In this document: positions 46,899 through 62,000 of the stretch, piece after piece
Numbering within the stretch: position 1 is the first letter of the stretch
How the letters are laid out: every line of letters starts with the position of its first letter
Assembly (NCBI GenBank): GCA_964106915.2
Contig: OZ066914.1
DNA: 64,000 bases
Reading direction: 5' to 3' (one strand)
Source: Podarcis gaigeae
Taxonomy: Eukaryota
Made by a program: the position numbers and the translations under genes
The notes under the pieces: model-generated
Database searches by the model: none
Told to the model about the DNA's origin: nothing
The model's input: only the letters and a program-made list of their open reading frames with translations

Positions 46899-47012
46899 TT
46901 CTATGTGTTTGCATTTTGACATACTATTAGAACGCAGAAACACAGGGAGCCACCTAATACCAAGTCCAGCTAGATCAGTGGCTCTCCAGGACTGATACCG
47001 ATTCCACCTGCC

Positions 47013-47047
<35 letters not shown>

Positions 47048-50000
47048 CTTGTCTACACAGTATTTTTTTCTTCAGCTTCTGTCACAGTGTCAAAACCACT
47101 CACAAAGTATAATTTTTAGGTTCTTGCTGAGGTGTTGTGTACGCCTGGTTGGATTGCAAGTTATGAAGGCCTAGTCTATTACGTTAAACAGTAAATGCTG
47201 ATTCTCCCGAGGGACGAATAAAACTCAACGGATGAATGTATTGGAAGGATGATTCAAAATTAGGTTTCAGGATATTTCACTATGTGTTAAAAATGTAACA
47301 TGCATTTTGTTGCTGAATGTTTTTATATTTTCCCCAGATGTGGTGGCTTTGAGAACATTGCTACTAATGGCATCCTTACAGTAAGACCTATTATTAACTA
47401 CAATCAGCATCTTTTTTATATTCTTCTTCTTAATATTGTAATTTATTACCTGCCCCTTCACCTCAAGGTCCCAGGGCAGGTTGCAACAAATAAAACAACT
47501 GAAGCATGAAACCACTGAGTGGGGTTTGGATTACAGTGGTACCTCGGGTTAAGTACTTAATTCGTTCTGGAGGTCCGTTCTTAACCTGAAACCGTTCTTA
47601 ACCTGAGGTACCACTTTAGCTAATGGGGCCTCCCACCGCTGCTGCGCTGTGGCAGCACAATTTCTGTTCTCAACCTGAGGTAAAGTTCTTAACCTGGGGT
47701 ACTACTTCCAGGTTAGCGGAGTCTGTAACCCGAAGTGTCTGTAACCCGAGGTACCACTGTACTTTGTCAGCAGTATGCTGATGACACACAGCTCCACTTT
47801 TACTTTACATCTTTCATTTGTCCCTGAAAGGGCAGGTAATGGGGGGGGGGGGAGAGATACTTTTGGATCCATTGCTGTCGCTAGAGACTCAGGTTGCTTC
47901 AGTGGCATGGGCTGTGGAAGGCTTACTGTATATACCTCAACTGTATTGTTTTTATTTGCCATTATGGTATGTATTTTTGTGTTTTGTAACTTCCCTGTAA
48001 TCTTCACATGAAGGGTGGTATAGAAACAACAACAACAACAACAACAACCAACAACCACAACTTAAAATTACAGAAATAAGGAGGGTCCTATATGAGCAAC
48101 GTAGTTGCAAAAGAGAAACAATCTGTATGATATACTGGTCTTTGTCAAATGTCTGAGGGTGAATCTAAACACAGCGCAAAAAACCCGCTATAAATAAGTC
48201 AGAAATTAGATCATTTTAACAAAAGGAAAAAAAAATTCTATGGAAAGCCGTGTTTTAAAATTTCCTGCTCTCTGGCGCCATCTGGTGTTGCATGTTTATT
48301 GTGCATTCAAATCATTGTTTCTTTACTAATGTAGCTGAATCCTGAGATAGTCATTCCAAGCAAATAATTAATTGTGAAATGGTCCTGCACTGTAGAATAA
48401 ATAGAAATACTTTAGCAGAGCAACAGAGCCTTTGAAGATCAGGAAAAAATAGTCCTGGGCAGATCACAGTCTTTTCAACCTCCATTACATGTCTTTATAA
48501 AGTAGGAATTATGTATGACACATACCTTTTCCAAGTTCAGTGATGAAAAGGAATTTTGCGCATTAAAAATGCTGTGACTTATATAAAGTCTTATGATTAT
48601 TTTTTAATGAAAGTACACCTTAAAGAAACTGTGGGAGGGCAGGTTTTGGAGCAGACTGCAGGTGATGATGGAAGTTTTGAACAAGAGCAGGAAGATTTGC
48701 AGGCCTAGCTATGGAGTAGAGTCGGCCTGAATTCTACGGTTGCCATAAAAATCAGGACAACCAGAAACTTGTTGAGCTTTTTTTTTTAAAGGAAAACCTG
48801 AAACTTTGGACTTTGTTTTGCTAAGTGCGCCTCACATTGTAAGCCAAGCAGAAAGAGCATGGAGATTATTAATGAACAGTGCCACACAGAATAGAGCCAA
48901 ACAGAAATAATACGGAAAACATTAACCAATGTAGTTGCTTATAACCTGTCATGTTTGATTCTAGGTTAAAATTTAAAAGAAAAATACTGTAATCTTCCAG
49001 GATCAGAACAGGCAAAAGGAACATTATAGGTTACGTTTGGATGGCAAACTCCATGTTTTGAAGTTCTGTTTTGTTTTTTACTAGAACATTAAGGTCTACT
49101 AACAAGATGCAAGTGCAAGACAGTGGACATGGTGCGTGTGTGTGTGGGGGGAGGCAACATAGAATTAAGGAACAAACTGTCCCTGAGCATAGGTTCAGCC
49201 CAGGAATTTGTTTTCAGGACCAGAACTGAGCACAAACATCCGAGTCACACAATAATCATTATTGGACATTATTCATCTTGGCAACCTAATTTAGAAGTGG
49301 AGAAAAGCCTTTTCGTTGCTGTAATTGTTAAATGATTGGGAATCAGAAACCCTTGGTTATGTGCTGCAAAGCATTTAGAGATATACCTTTTTACCTTTTA
49401 CCTACCTTCCATCCGCCACCTACTCCTTAAGACTCCCCTTAAAAGGAATTACTGTATAAGGTATGTTTAAGCAGTATGCAACCAATTAAAAGAACCCATG
49501 CATATTACAAAGATAGGCAATAAAGTCACCAATGGAATGCACCAATAAATATATACTGATGTTAGTACTGAAACTGAGTACTAATGGTAACCCCTTCTCC
49601 TTCTAGCATGCCTCCTGAACACCTCTTAGCTCTCACCCAGAATTCCACCTTGGCTCTGACTCAGGGACCAAACAAATGGAACCCTGAAATCTCTCAGAAC
49701 AAAGCAGGTCCACTGAGCACTCTTGTGTTTATGGTCAGGCACCAAGATCTGATGGAGTTTCCTCAGGTTGCCCACAGCTGTGTCCTCTTCAGAAATAACT
49801 CTGCACACCCCACACACCCAGGACTCAGCTACACAGCTGCAAATAAAACGTTTTAAACAATAATTTATTATTTATACCCTGCCCATCTGGCTGGGTTTCC
49901 CCAGCCACTCCAGGTGGCTTCCAACAAAAGATGTGTTGTAAAGTGCAATATACACATGTGACACTAGATGACGACAGTGAGCTATGCAAAATTCAATGTA

Positions 50001-53000
50001 ATTTTCAAAATGTTTGAAAACAAAGCATTTTCATATCGTTTTTTTAAATATGTGTGTAGATTCCACCCCTCAGTTTCAGACTACAGCAGGCCTAGTGAAT
50101 TCAACCTTCTTTGATTGTTATGTTTTCTTCCCAGGCCTGTGAGATTTCACGTTTAGACATTAAGATGGACAAGTGGAAGAACGAGGAGTGTTTGAAAAGT
50201 GAGTCCCATTCTTGTGACTTTGTTAAGTAGGCAGCCAAAGAGCCATTGAGGCCTCTTTTCAATTGCAGGACTGTACTGGTAGTTTTTGTAAATGCAATTG
50301 CTGCTGTATCTCTCTTGCTTATAATGCCATGACATGCTGAACGCAACTGCAAAGTGCAGTAAAAGTGGGATGGGCAACTGGCTGTGTGTGTGTGTGGAGG
50401 GAGGGAGGGAGGACAGAGGGTATCAGTTTGTCTGTCTGTAAAGCAGGAACACTTGTTCAAAAACAAAATTACTAGAAAAGCATGACAGTGAATTCCACCA
50501 TTTGTTTTCAGCCTGTCTTGTACCTTTTTGTTACATCATTTAAAATTATTTTCATATGAAAGCCAGTGTGGTATAGCAGTTAAGAGTGTCGAACTAGGAC
50601 CTGAGAGACCAGGGTTCAAATCTGCACTGAGCCAAGAAGCTCACTGAGTGAACTTGTGCCATTCATTATCTCTTAGTCTTGTTGTGAGGACAAATTGGGG
50701 TTGCAGGCAGGGGCAAACCATGTACACTGCTTTGAGCTATAGGGGGGAAAGAATATACAGTAAAATAGTAAATAAATAATTTTATTCAGACTTTTGTAAC
50801 GAAGAAAGGAGGTAAAGAAATATGTTAGCTAAAATAATTCTTTCTCCTAGACAATAAAAATATTGAACTTGTGGTGAAGGAATCCTTTGAAGAAGCACAG
50901 GCGATCACCCAGGAGTCAGAAAGCTTCACATTTCACTGTGTGAAGAACTGGGAGCCAAAACTGGAGGCCAGTACAAAGGTAACACTTTACTCACCAAGGA
51001 CAGCTTTCCTCAGTGTACCTGCGGGGGACAGATTAACTAATGCACTAAAGGAGTATTACAGAGTAGCTTGCTGAGAAATTGGACCCTTGGTGTGCTTTAA
51101 TAAATAAAGAACCTATCCACATAATGCTGACTCAAAAACTCTGCATACACTATGCAAAAGAATTAAATATCATTATTCTCCCCCTTTTCTCTTCCTCCTC
51201 TCTCCCCCGCCAACCTCACAATGCTCATGACAGCAGTGTTTCACACAGAATGTAATTTACCTGTAGAAAGGACTCTATGAATTGAAATGGAGATGTTATA
51301 TGTACTTTTGTTATACATGACTATCTTTTAATAAAAACATTTTTTTAATGTCCTTGCTGGCAGTGTGCTTTTCTTGTTCTCCTATATAGTAAGGGCCAAA
51401 CAGTGAGGGATTCATATGTAGAACAGGCAGCAGTGTTGAAAGCAGTCAGTATCTAGAGCCTCAAATGTGTCTCATTTTGCTTCCTTTTCCTTTGCGATGT
51501 GTTCTAGAGTGTGTCTACATTCTTGTGATTTGTTTTAGAGTAATTCCTTTGTGGGGAAATGGCTTGGAGACGCTGCTACTGAATGTCCAAGTGTGTTGCT
51601 GAAATCCCTCCCTGCAGGAGAGGAAACAAAAGTAGCCTTGTCTTTATCAAAGGTAGGTGGCTTCATCTTTATCATAGAATCATTTAATTGTAGAGTTGGA
51701 AGAGACCAGTCCTCTAATTCAACCCTCTGCAATGCAGAAATCTTTTGCCCAACCCACGACCTTGAGTTTAAGAGTTTCATAATCTACCAACTGAGCAATT
51801 TTTTGGCACAGAAGAGAAGAAGGAAGTAGCTCTTTGCCAATAAAACCACACATTAGTTCTGAAATTTAACAGGGGATTTGTAAATTCATTGTTCCTTTCA
51901 AAGAATGTTATCCTTGTGTCCATATCAGGATTTAATTGTTTGTTTGTTTTTTTGGGATGGATGGTGTATGCCTCTTCCACTGCTCTTAAGAGACCCACAA
52001 GTGCCATGCTTGGAAATGTTTATGAAAATGAAGCCCTGGGATTGGTAATAAACAGTCTATTGTGTTATATTTATGAACATTACACAGTGCATTTGCTTAG
52101 CACCTTAACATAGGTAAACTCAACATCTTCATTTTCAGGATGCAGAATTGGAGCTGCAGCTCCAGGTCAATGACTGGTGAGAAATTATTATTTATTATTA
52201 TATTAAAATCAAATCAAATAAGAAATTCTTGTCTGTTCAGCTTGGCTCTGTCCAGCTCAGTCCAGCAAATCACATACTCATGCACTTCACTTTAAGAAAG
52301 CCCAATATTTAGTTGGAACAAATACTATTCGTATCATCGCCTTCTACATCTGTCAGAGACTATCCAGTGTTATAGCCTACCAAGGATGATGATGAGAGAT
52401 GCAGAGTCTGTTCCTTTCTTACCTTCATTTTTGGCACATTTTAGTACCAGGCCACCTTCATGTTTTAAAATCTCACAACAATGACAAAACACACACACAA
52501 AAATCTACCACACTAAGTTCTCAGTTTCAAATTACATAGCTGCACAACACTGCTTTCTACCTCCGTATATCAGGTGACAAAGGGAGGTGCATTTCTTTCT
52601 TTTTATTCCAGTTTAGGAGATTTAGATGTGCGTTTGGGATGTGACCTCTGTGGGGCTGAGCAGGACTTCCTGTCTAAGCGCAAGAATGTGGTTGCCAGTG
52701 CTCTAAAAAAGGTTCTTCTGCTGGAGCAGGAGCTGCAAGGACATGAGGTACATGTGCTTCATTTTGTGACCCAAAGCTACTCATGCCAGTGCAAAAATAT
52801 ATAAATAGAACTAAAGCAGTTTATTTAGTGTGGGTATTGCAGAGAAGCTGCTTTGTTGAGAGAAATCAACTGCAGCAACGCATTGTTGAAGGAAAATAGA
52901 GTCAACAGACAAAAAGGACGCACAAAAAATCAGATGCTCTTAAATGCATTTTCTCTGATAGACATCCCCTGAGGAGAAAAAAAACCAGTAAGCTTCAAAT

Positions 53001-56000
53001 GTGTACTTTTTGTAATAAATATCCTTTTATTCTTCGAACTGGTATTCTCTCTCCCCCTCCACCCCCGGAAAGAAAGTATTACAGCCTACTGACATTGGAT
53101 ACAGGTTATGTGGGCTTATTGAGGGCTAAGAAAGAAAATATTAATTACAATTTATCTCTCCAGTTTCCCACGCATGTGGGTTAAGCAGAGCATTAAAATC
53201 ACATCCTTCATAACGAAAATAGAAGCTTTGGAACAAGGTTGAGGAGCCTTTCCTTTTCTGAGCAATTCCCCTTGGTTTCCCTCTCTATAGAAGAGACCGG
53301 CAACAAACAGCTTACAAAGTAAGCTTAAAATATACTGTTTACTTGACATTCTTTCACTGGATCACGGCAACGATAATAGGAAAACTATGCAGGACAAAAT
53401 TCTTCTAGGTTTCAAAATATATGGTTGATTAGCGCACACAGACATGCATCTGCATCGAAGGTGAGGAAGGGAGTGAGAGAGAGGCGGTAGGAAGGAGAAA
53501 GAATTAAAAATCTATTGTTTCATCCCATCGCAGGAAACAGGGGAAATGACATCACACAGAGCTCTCTCTGCACCATTTACAGTGGATGCTCGGGTCGCGA
53601 ATGTGATCCGTGTGGGAGGCACGTTTGCAACCCGCAGCATCGGCAGCCTGCAGCACTGTGTTTGCGCATGCGCGGGTTGCAATTCAGTGCTTCTGCGCAT
53701 GCGCAAAGCAGCAAAACCCGGAAGATACCCGTTCTGGTACTTCCGGGTTTTGGTGCGTCCGTATCCCGAAAACGCTCAACCTGAAGCATCTGTAACCTGA
53801 GGTATGACTGTATATTCCTATGATATGGACCTGCCTATCTAGCAATACAGCTCTGTGGTCGCTTACCCCTAGACTTACTAATATTTAGATATTTGACTGA
53901 TAGTCCCGAACAAGTTAGGCAGTTACTTCCTGTTTACTCCATCCTGTTTGTGCCACAGGTCCCAGTGATCGCTGTCATGGCAACAGGAGGAGGAGCCAGA
54001 GCAATGTCAGCTTTTTATGGACACCTCTCTGCCCTTCAGAAGCTGAATCTTCTAGACTGCGTGACATACCTCTCTGGAGCATCTGGCGCAACATGGTAAT
54101 GTGAATTAGCATTGTGAAAAATAGCAGCTGCTGGAGAGGCCCGGTCAGATTTGAGGTTGCTGCACATGTGGAAGGGTTTTAAAAAAAATATTTATCGCCA
54201 ACAGTAGCTTCAATAACAACTTCTGTCTGATGGCAAATGTCAGCTTCAGGGAGAGAAACAATTGTACAATACAGTGGTACCTTGGTTCTCGAACTTAAAC
54301 CGTTCTGGGAGTCCGTTCCACTCCTGAAACAGTTCAAAAAGCAAGCTGTGGATTCCGATTGGCTGCAGGAGCTTCCTGCACTCAATCAGAAGCCACAGAA
54401 GCCTCACCAGATGTTTGGCTTCCAAAAAAGTTTGCAAAGTGGAATGCTCACTTCCAGGTTTGCGGCATTCAGGAGCCAAAAAATCCGAGTACCAAGGCGT
54501 TTGAGAACCAACGTACGCCTGTATTAGGCACCATGGTGCAGGGTTGGGGAAAGCGTTCATCCCTCTCCCTGTGTGCCATAGTCCCGCACCTGACTAGGCC
54601 CTCCCCCGGTTTCTTTTTAAAGCATCCCTTCCAAATCGAACATGTAATCTACACTCATGTAATCTACAATATACTTTTGGGCCCTATACATATGAGGGTA
54701 GCTTTTGTGAGTGTAATTTACAAGGCAGTTTAAATTATAGTGTTGCCTTGTTCTGAAGGTGTTATTTTTTCTGTAGGACAATGAGAAGTTTGTATGAAGA
54801 TGCTGACTGGTCTCAAAAGGACCTGATGGGTCCAATCCACAGAGCACAGGAATATATTGCTAGGAGCAAGTCAAGTGCTTTCTCCTTGGAGGCCCTACAG
54901 CGCTATGATGTGGAGCTAAGGCAGAGAGCTCGAGAGGGGCACTCAGTTTATTTCACTGATGTATGGTCCCTTATAATTGACCGCATGTTCCACGATGAGG
55001 TATGTGTTCCAAAGACCCTCTTACCCTAAGGATGTTAAGTGTCTTCATCTTTCCTTCCAGACATTGCTTAGACAGACGGAGACCCCCCAAGGCCCAGGCA
55101 ACCCCCAGGAGGTATAATGACACCTGACAACGTGTTATAGGATTGAAATTGGCCACAACTTTATTAAATTCTCAGTTGTAGGAAAACCTTGGCTTAGGCA
55201 TTGGGCATTTATCCCTCCCAGTCCCCAGCCAGGGATCTGGGGAACATCAGGTTTATCCAAAGTGTGGGGGGATTGGGCTGACTCTGGAGAATGTCTGTTC
55301 AAGCATAGAGCCCTCTATTGTGAGTGTGGGTGGTCCTAACTCTACCTGGCCAATTCCCTTGGCAACGCCCCCCCCAGCCAGGATTGGCTGATTGATGAAG
55401 CTAGGTGGGAACCTCCAGGTATCCAGCTTGGGGGGGGGGCGGCGAAGCCAACTACCTTGCTGGGGATCTAGTAGTCCCTGGAGGGGGTTGCGCACGACCA
55501 CGCAAAAGCCGTCCCCCAGTTAATGCAGGGAGCGGTCATTCTAGCTCTTGGGCAGTAGCAGATGGCCTGGTGAGGTGGCAGCACTCACCTGACCTCCAGT
55601 TAATTGCGTTGTTGTTTCCTACTGGGAACTAGAGGGTGAGGAGGCTGTGCTCCCAGTCAGAGGCAGTATGCTTTTGAATACCAGATGCTAGAAACCAGAG
55701 GAGCGGAGAGTGCGCTTGTGCTTGGGTCCTGCTTGTGGGTTTCTCAGAGGCATCTGGTTGGCCACTGTGAGAACAGGATGCTGGACTAGATGGGCCATTG
55801 ACCCGATCCAGCGGGGCTGTTGTTATGGTGGTTGCTGAGGTGCAAATGCACCAGTGGAGCCAATCCACCACTCCTGCCGGTGTATTTGCACTATGTTGAC
55901 CTTGCCACCACCTGGCCGCTCCCTCTTTACCGCTCGGTAAGCAGCCGCAACATGACTCAACAGAGGTCAGGTGAGGGCCACAACCCAACCATGCCATCTG

Positions 56001-59000
56001 CTGCTTGGTTTGGAAGTATCTGTTGCTTCATAATTTATTTTCTGCCTTTGAATTTCTTCTTGTTTCCTCTTAGCAAAGTGATAGCAAACTTTCTAGTCAG
56101 CAACAGGCTGTGACTCAGGGGCAGAATCCATTGCCTATCTACCTGGCCCTCAATGTCAAGAACGACACCCAGAGCACTTGTGAATTTAAAGGTAAGTAAC
56201 TCAACAATCTTGAAACCATGTCAGGGGGCTTCAGTGTGTAAGTAGTTCAGAACTGCAGCCAAAAAGGTCCGTATAGTTAAAGCCATGGTTTTCCCAGTAG
56301 TGCTGTATGGAAGTGAGAGCTGGACCATAAAGAAGGCTGATCGCCGAAGAATTGATGCTTTTGAATTATGGTGCTGGAGGAGACTCTTGAGAGTCCCATG
56401 GACTGCAAGAAGATCAAATGTATCCATTCTTAAGGAAATCAGCCCTGAGTGCTCACTGGAAGGACAGATCCTGAAGCTGAGGCTCCAATACTGGCTGAGG
56501 CCACCTCATGAGAAGAGAAGACTCCCTGGAAAAGAACCTGATGTTGGGAAAGATGGAGGGCACAAGGAGAAGGGGACAACAAAGGACGAGATGGTTGGAC
56601 AGTGTTCTCAAAGCAACCAGCATGAGTTTGACCAAAGTGCGGGAGGCAGTGGAAGACAGGAGTGCCTGGCGTGCTCTGGTCCATGGGGTCACGAAGAGTC
56701 GGACACGACTAAACAACAACAACTCGACAATGGTATGGTGTCTTTTAGTAGAACCACCTGCAGTCTTGAAACCATGTCAGGGGGCTTCAGTGTGTAAGTA
56801 GTTCAGAACTGCAGCCAAAATCAAGACTTACTCAAAGTAGGCCCACTGAAATGAATGATTGTGACTAAGTTAGGTCCATTCATTTCAATGGTTCTGCTCT
56901 GTACAAATCTTTCCTGAATTTCACCCAAAGAGAGCAATTCTGTCTTCATCATTCTCCTCTCAAACTTCCTCCTGATTTTAGGCATTGGGGTATATTTTTC
57001 TCCACTTCTCTTCTCTCATTCTGCTTATAGAATGGTGTGAATTCTCCCCATATGAGGTTGGATTTTCTAAGTACGGGGCCTTCATTTGTCCAGAGGATTT
57101 TGGAAGTGATTTCTTCATGGGACGACTAATAAACAAGAGACCAGAGTCTCGGATCTGCTATTTGGAAGGTGACTTAATTTTGATTTGAGGAAAGTTATCT
57201 TTTGGTGAGAAAAATTGCCAAACTGAGTCCCAATTTTGCCAAATTCAATATTGGTATTACCATAGTAAGTGTAGCTTGTTATCAAAAATCTGTAACTCTC
57301 TCTTGAGCATTGAGCTGATACAGTACCGCAAATGTGGGAAATTCTAAAACATGCAAGAAGAAAAAACACCTCAGACCCTCCCCTGTATTCTCCTTCCATG
57401 TCTATCTAACTATGTTTGGCAATCACACACACACACACACACACACCACACCACACACACACCACACACACAGAGAGCCCTGCTCTCCATCCTCCACAGA
57501 GTCTATATATGACAGTAGATGTTTCTTCATTCTTTTCCTGCCAGTTAATGGGCTGCCTCTGCAAGACAGCTGCCTGCCTGAACCATCCTCTAAATCAGAG
57601 CTTTCCAAACTGTGTGTCGCAACACGTTAGTGTGTTGGCTGCAGTGTGTAGTTGTGTTGCGCGAATGCTCCCCATGCTCTTCCCAGAGCTGGAAGGGGAT
57701 TAGTTTAACCTCTGGTTTGCTAGTAAAACTGAATGACTGTGTCATGAAATGATGCATGTCTAAAAAGTGTGTCACCAATATGAAAAGTTTGGAAAGCTCT
57801 GCTCTAAATGAAGCAGGAGACCTCCAGATTAGCTGTTACAAAGTCCCACAGAATCATAGCATTGTAAGAGTTCTCAAAGCCCATCTGGTCCAACTTACGA
57901 GTGATGCAGAAAATCATCAGCCTTTCAAAAATTGATCCTTTGGAAGCTCAATCCCTTAATTTCTCAGCTACCGTAAATGCTGCTTCCAGCTGATTGCAGC
58001 GTAGCAAAGCCTTAGCTGCACCAAAAAGGACAAGTTGATTGATTGAGAATGACAAAGAGAGGTGCTGAAAGTCTTCATTTTTGAATATGTTTACATTTAC
58101 AGGCCTTTGGAGTAACATATTTTCCTTGAATTTGAAGGATGTTCATCACTTATACAAATCCTGGCAGTGGCCTTTCCCAGACCAAGAAAAGGATGAAGGT
58201 AAGAAGTGGCCTAGGGACGCAGGTGGCGCTGTGGGTTAAAGCCTCAGCCCCTAGGACTTGCCGATCGAAAGGTCGGCGGTTCGAATCCCTGCGGCGGGGT
58301 GCGCTCCCGCTGCTCGGTCCCAGCGCCTGCCAACCTAGCAGTTCGAAAGCACCTCCGGGTGCAAGTAGATAAATAGGGACCTCTTTCTAGCGGGAAGGTA
58401 AACGGCGTTTCCGTGTGCAGCTCTGGCTCGCCAGAGCAGCGATGTCACGCTGGCCACGTGACCCGGAAGTGTCTCCGGACAGCGCTGGCCCCTGGCCTCT
58501 TGAGTGAGATGGGCGCACAACCCCAGAGTCTGTCAAGACTGGCCCGAACGGGCAGGGGTACCTTTACCTTTACCTTAAGAAGTGGCCTGGGTAATTTCTA
58601 TTAGTTCAATGGCATTTTTTCAACAGAGAAGGAACTAAAGAATAAAATGCATCATTGTGCAGATACAGCAGAGAATCTGCAAAGCAGATGATCATAATCT
58701 GAACATTGTAGCTAATTTGTGGGTTTTACCCATCCATCTCTGTGGGGTTGTTTTTCACACATATACCTGATTTCTCTCCCTGACTTACTAGGAAAGCACA
58801 TGCTACTTTAAATGGTTTTGATTACATTTAAAGTCTTTGGCAGCAATCCATAGAAATGTGCGTGTTAGTGTGATTGTGCAGATGTGCATGTCACATCTAA
58901 TGCACAAAGCATTGCTGCAAGTGTGAAATACATTGAATGCAAACAAATGGACTATCTGGATTGGATATAAGAGTAGATAAGAACCACGAAGGCATACAGA

Positions 59001-62000
59001 GCTCATAATTTCTATTCTAACCATTTATTTATTTATTTTAAAGCTCAGAATCCGCCTTCTTCAGAAACTATGCCATCTGCCCATGTTCTGTGTGGCAGTA
59101 TAAAGAAGGGATGTTTGATTGCACATAAAAGATGTCCAAACCCCACAAATGACTACTTTGACCAGTAAACAGCCAGTGCACATAGTGTTGTTGTTAGTTT
59201 TTGAGCACCAGAGTTTAGAATTTTTCATAGTACAGTGGTACCTCGGGTTACAGCCGCTTCAGGTTACAGACACTGCTAACCCAGAAATAGTACCTCGGGT
59301 TAAGAACTTTGCTTCAGGATGAGAACAGAAATCGTGCTCTGGTGGCACAGTGGCAGCGGGAGGCCCCATTAGCTAAAGTGGTACCTCAGGTTAAGAACAG
59401 TTTCAGGTTAAGAACGGACCTCCGGAATGAATTAAGTTCTTAACCCGAGGTACCACTGTATGTGCTTTTTGCTGTTCTTCCAGATAAAGGCAACAGGGCT
59501 TCTATAAATCAGCTCTCTCTATGTCACACAGCTTGTTTCATTCCACCAATGAACAGATCCAGCATCTTCAATGGAATTCTGACCAGTCGGCCAATAGGAG
59601 AAAAGAAACCTAACTTTCTGAGAGGTCTCCAGCTACACAAGGACTATTACCAACATAAAACATTCTCCATGTGGCAAGGTAAATAAATCAGCACATGAAA
59701 TTGGGAGGAACCCAGCCAAACCCTTCCTGCACTATAGATGTTCACCAGATTTTGTCATGCAAGTCACCACCTTGCTACAATACTCTTGTAGGAAACGTAT
59801 GTATGTATGTATGTATGTATGTATGTATGTATTATACTTATTAAATTTCTTAGTCTCTTTATCTTGCCCAAGGCAACCCAAAGTAACTTACAACCAAATT
59901 ATGTACAAATACGGTCATGCTAGATGAAATACTTGTTTTCTCAGCATTAGTACTAGTGATTAATCAGTCAAATAAAGCCTTGACACAGTACGCAGTACAG
60001 TTTAGTTTGGATAGACCACTGAAGGTGCTTGTTTTCTGATTAATGCTAAGACTAACAAGACATAAAGCAGCCCATCAAAAACGAACATAAGTTTTGTTTT
60101 TTTCAGTATTTCATTGGTGTATATTAGATAAGCATGTCACAATAGCAAGAAATACTTGCCTTGCAGACAGTAAATTGGACCAGTGCCCCAACTCTCTTAC
60201 ACCTCAGGAAAAAGAGCTATTCTTGGTTGATGCTGGATATTTCATCAATACCAGTTGCCCTCCATTGATGAGAAAGGAAAGGAATGTGGATGTTATCTTA
60301 TCACTTGACTACAACCTGTTGGAGACCAGGTTTAATGTAAGATTATTCTTATTTTATCTTTGGACTAGAGAATAACTTTGCCATTTATTGCAATGTTTTG
60401 GGGCATACAAATTGTTTATAAAGAAATCCTTATTCCTGTATGCTAGCCTAAGAGGGTTAGATTAAATATCAAGCTAAGCATGCTGTAGAGTAGAGCCCAA
60501 GTTAAACATGGAAGTCTTCCTATGATCCAATTATAAAGTGAGTTTCATTCTGTATATGGTGATGCGAGTTGCATGAAACCAGTTTCTGCGTTTAAACATA
60601 GGAAGCTGCCTTATACTGAGTCAGGCCATTGGTTCATCTAGCTCATAGGTAGGCAAACTAAGGCCCAGGGGGCCGAATCTGGCCCAATCGCCTTATAAAT
60701 CCAGCCTGCGGACGGACCGGGAATCAGAATGTTTTTACATGAGTAGAATGTGTCCTTTTATTTAAAATGCATCTCTGGGTTTTTTGTGGGGCATAGGAAT
60801 TCATTCATTTCCCCCCAAAATATAGTCTGCCCCCCCCCAAAGGTCTGAGGGACAGTGGACCGGCCCCCTGCTGAAAAAGTTTGCTGACCCCTGATCTAGC
60901 TGAATATTGTCTTCACTGACTTTCAAACTGGGATCTCCCCCAGCCCTACCCAGGGATGTCAAGGATGGAATCTGGGACTTTATGCATGCAAAGCAGATCC
61001 TCTGCCAATGACCTACAAAGCCAATAAACAAGGAGGTGGGGTTGCAGGCGGCACGCCCCGTCCCCACATTCGCGGGGCTGGCTCCAGCCCCTGCAATACC
61101 TAAGGGAATCCCTGCCCGTGTCATATCCCGGGGGCGGGGCCTCGGCGATTTAAACCTGCCGCAGCCGAGGCTCCTCCTCTTTTCCTCCGCTGCTGCAGCT
61201 GACCCAGTTTTATGCATGCAAAGCAGATCCTCTGCCAATTACCTACAATATATAAGCACCTATATAATGTGCATCCATCCATAGGGAGTTCATGTCAGCA
61301 CCATGGATTCCTAGATGTACCTGACTGAGAAGGGGAGAAATTGTCTGTTTTCCTTCCTGCATTTTGTTCTCTCTGAATGACTAAACTTACCTGAACAGCA
61401 AAACAGTCACTTTCTCCTCTACAGCTTTAGTTAGGTTTGACAATAGTAGATGAGGACTGTTTGGGGGGAAATGGCCTTAGTTTTGCTATTTAAGCTCTAG
61501 TTTTCCTCTTCGTTCTGCAGTCTATAGAACAGATGGGCAAATACTGTTTGGACCAGGATATTCCTTTTCCTGAAATTGCACTGACTGAAGAAGACAGGGA
61601 GAATCCAAAGGAATGCTACATTTTTGAGGACAAAGAGAACCCGGAAGCTCCAATCATACTTCACTTCCCACTAGTGAACAACTCTTTTAGGGAGTATAAA
61701 AAACCTGGTTAGTATTGAACTTTTCAGTCACGTTCTATGAGACTGGGGACCAAGTAGCAAAGAAGCCACTGCCTAATCATAAAATTGTAGAGTTGGAAGG
61801 GACCCTGAGGATCATCTAGTCCAACCCCCCACAATGCAGGGATTAATGTGCAGGTGTCTCGTATGGGGATCAAACCTGCAATCTTGTCATTGTTAGCACC
61901 ATGCTCCAACCAAATGAGCTACCCAGGCCCTCTTGGTACATGGTGTAGGAATAGTATTTCCAAAGGACAGGACATTCATCACTGCCTCCCACAAGACCTA

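Noticed and set aside
55060-55620. GC-rich LTR/DIRS-like stretch in cPLA2 intron 13
   Set aside because: Looks repeat-derived, but I could not define termini or a TSD, so it is not called.
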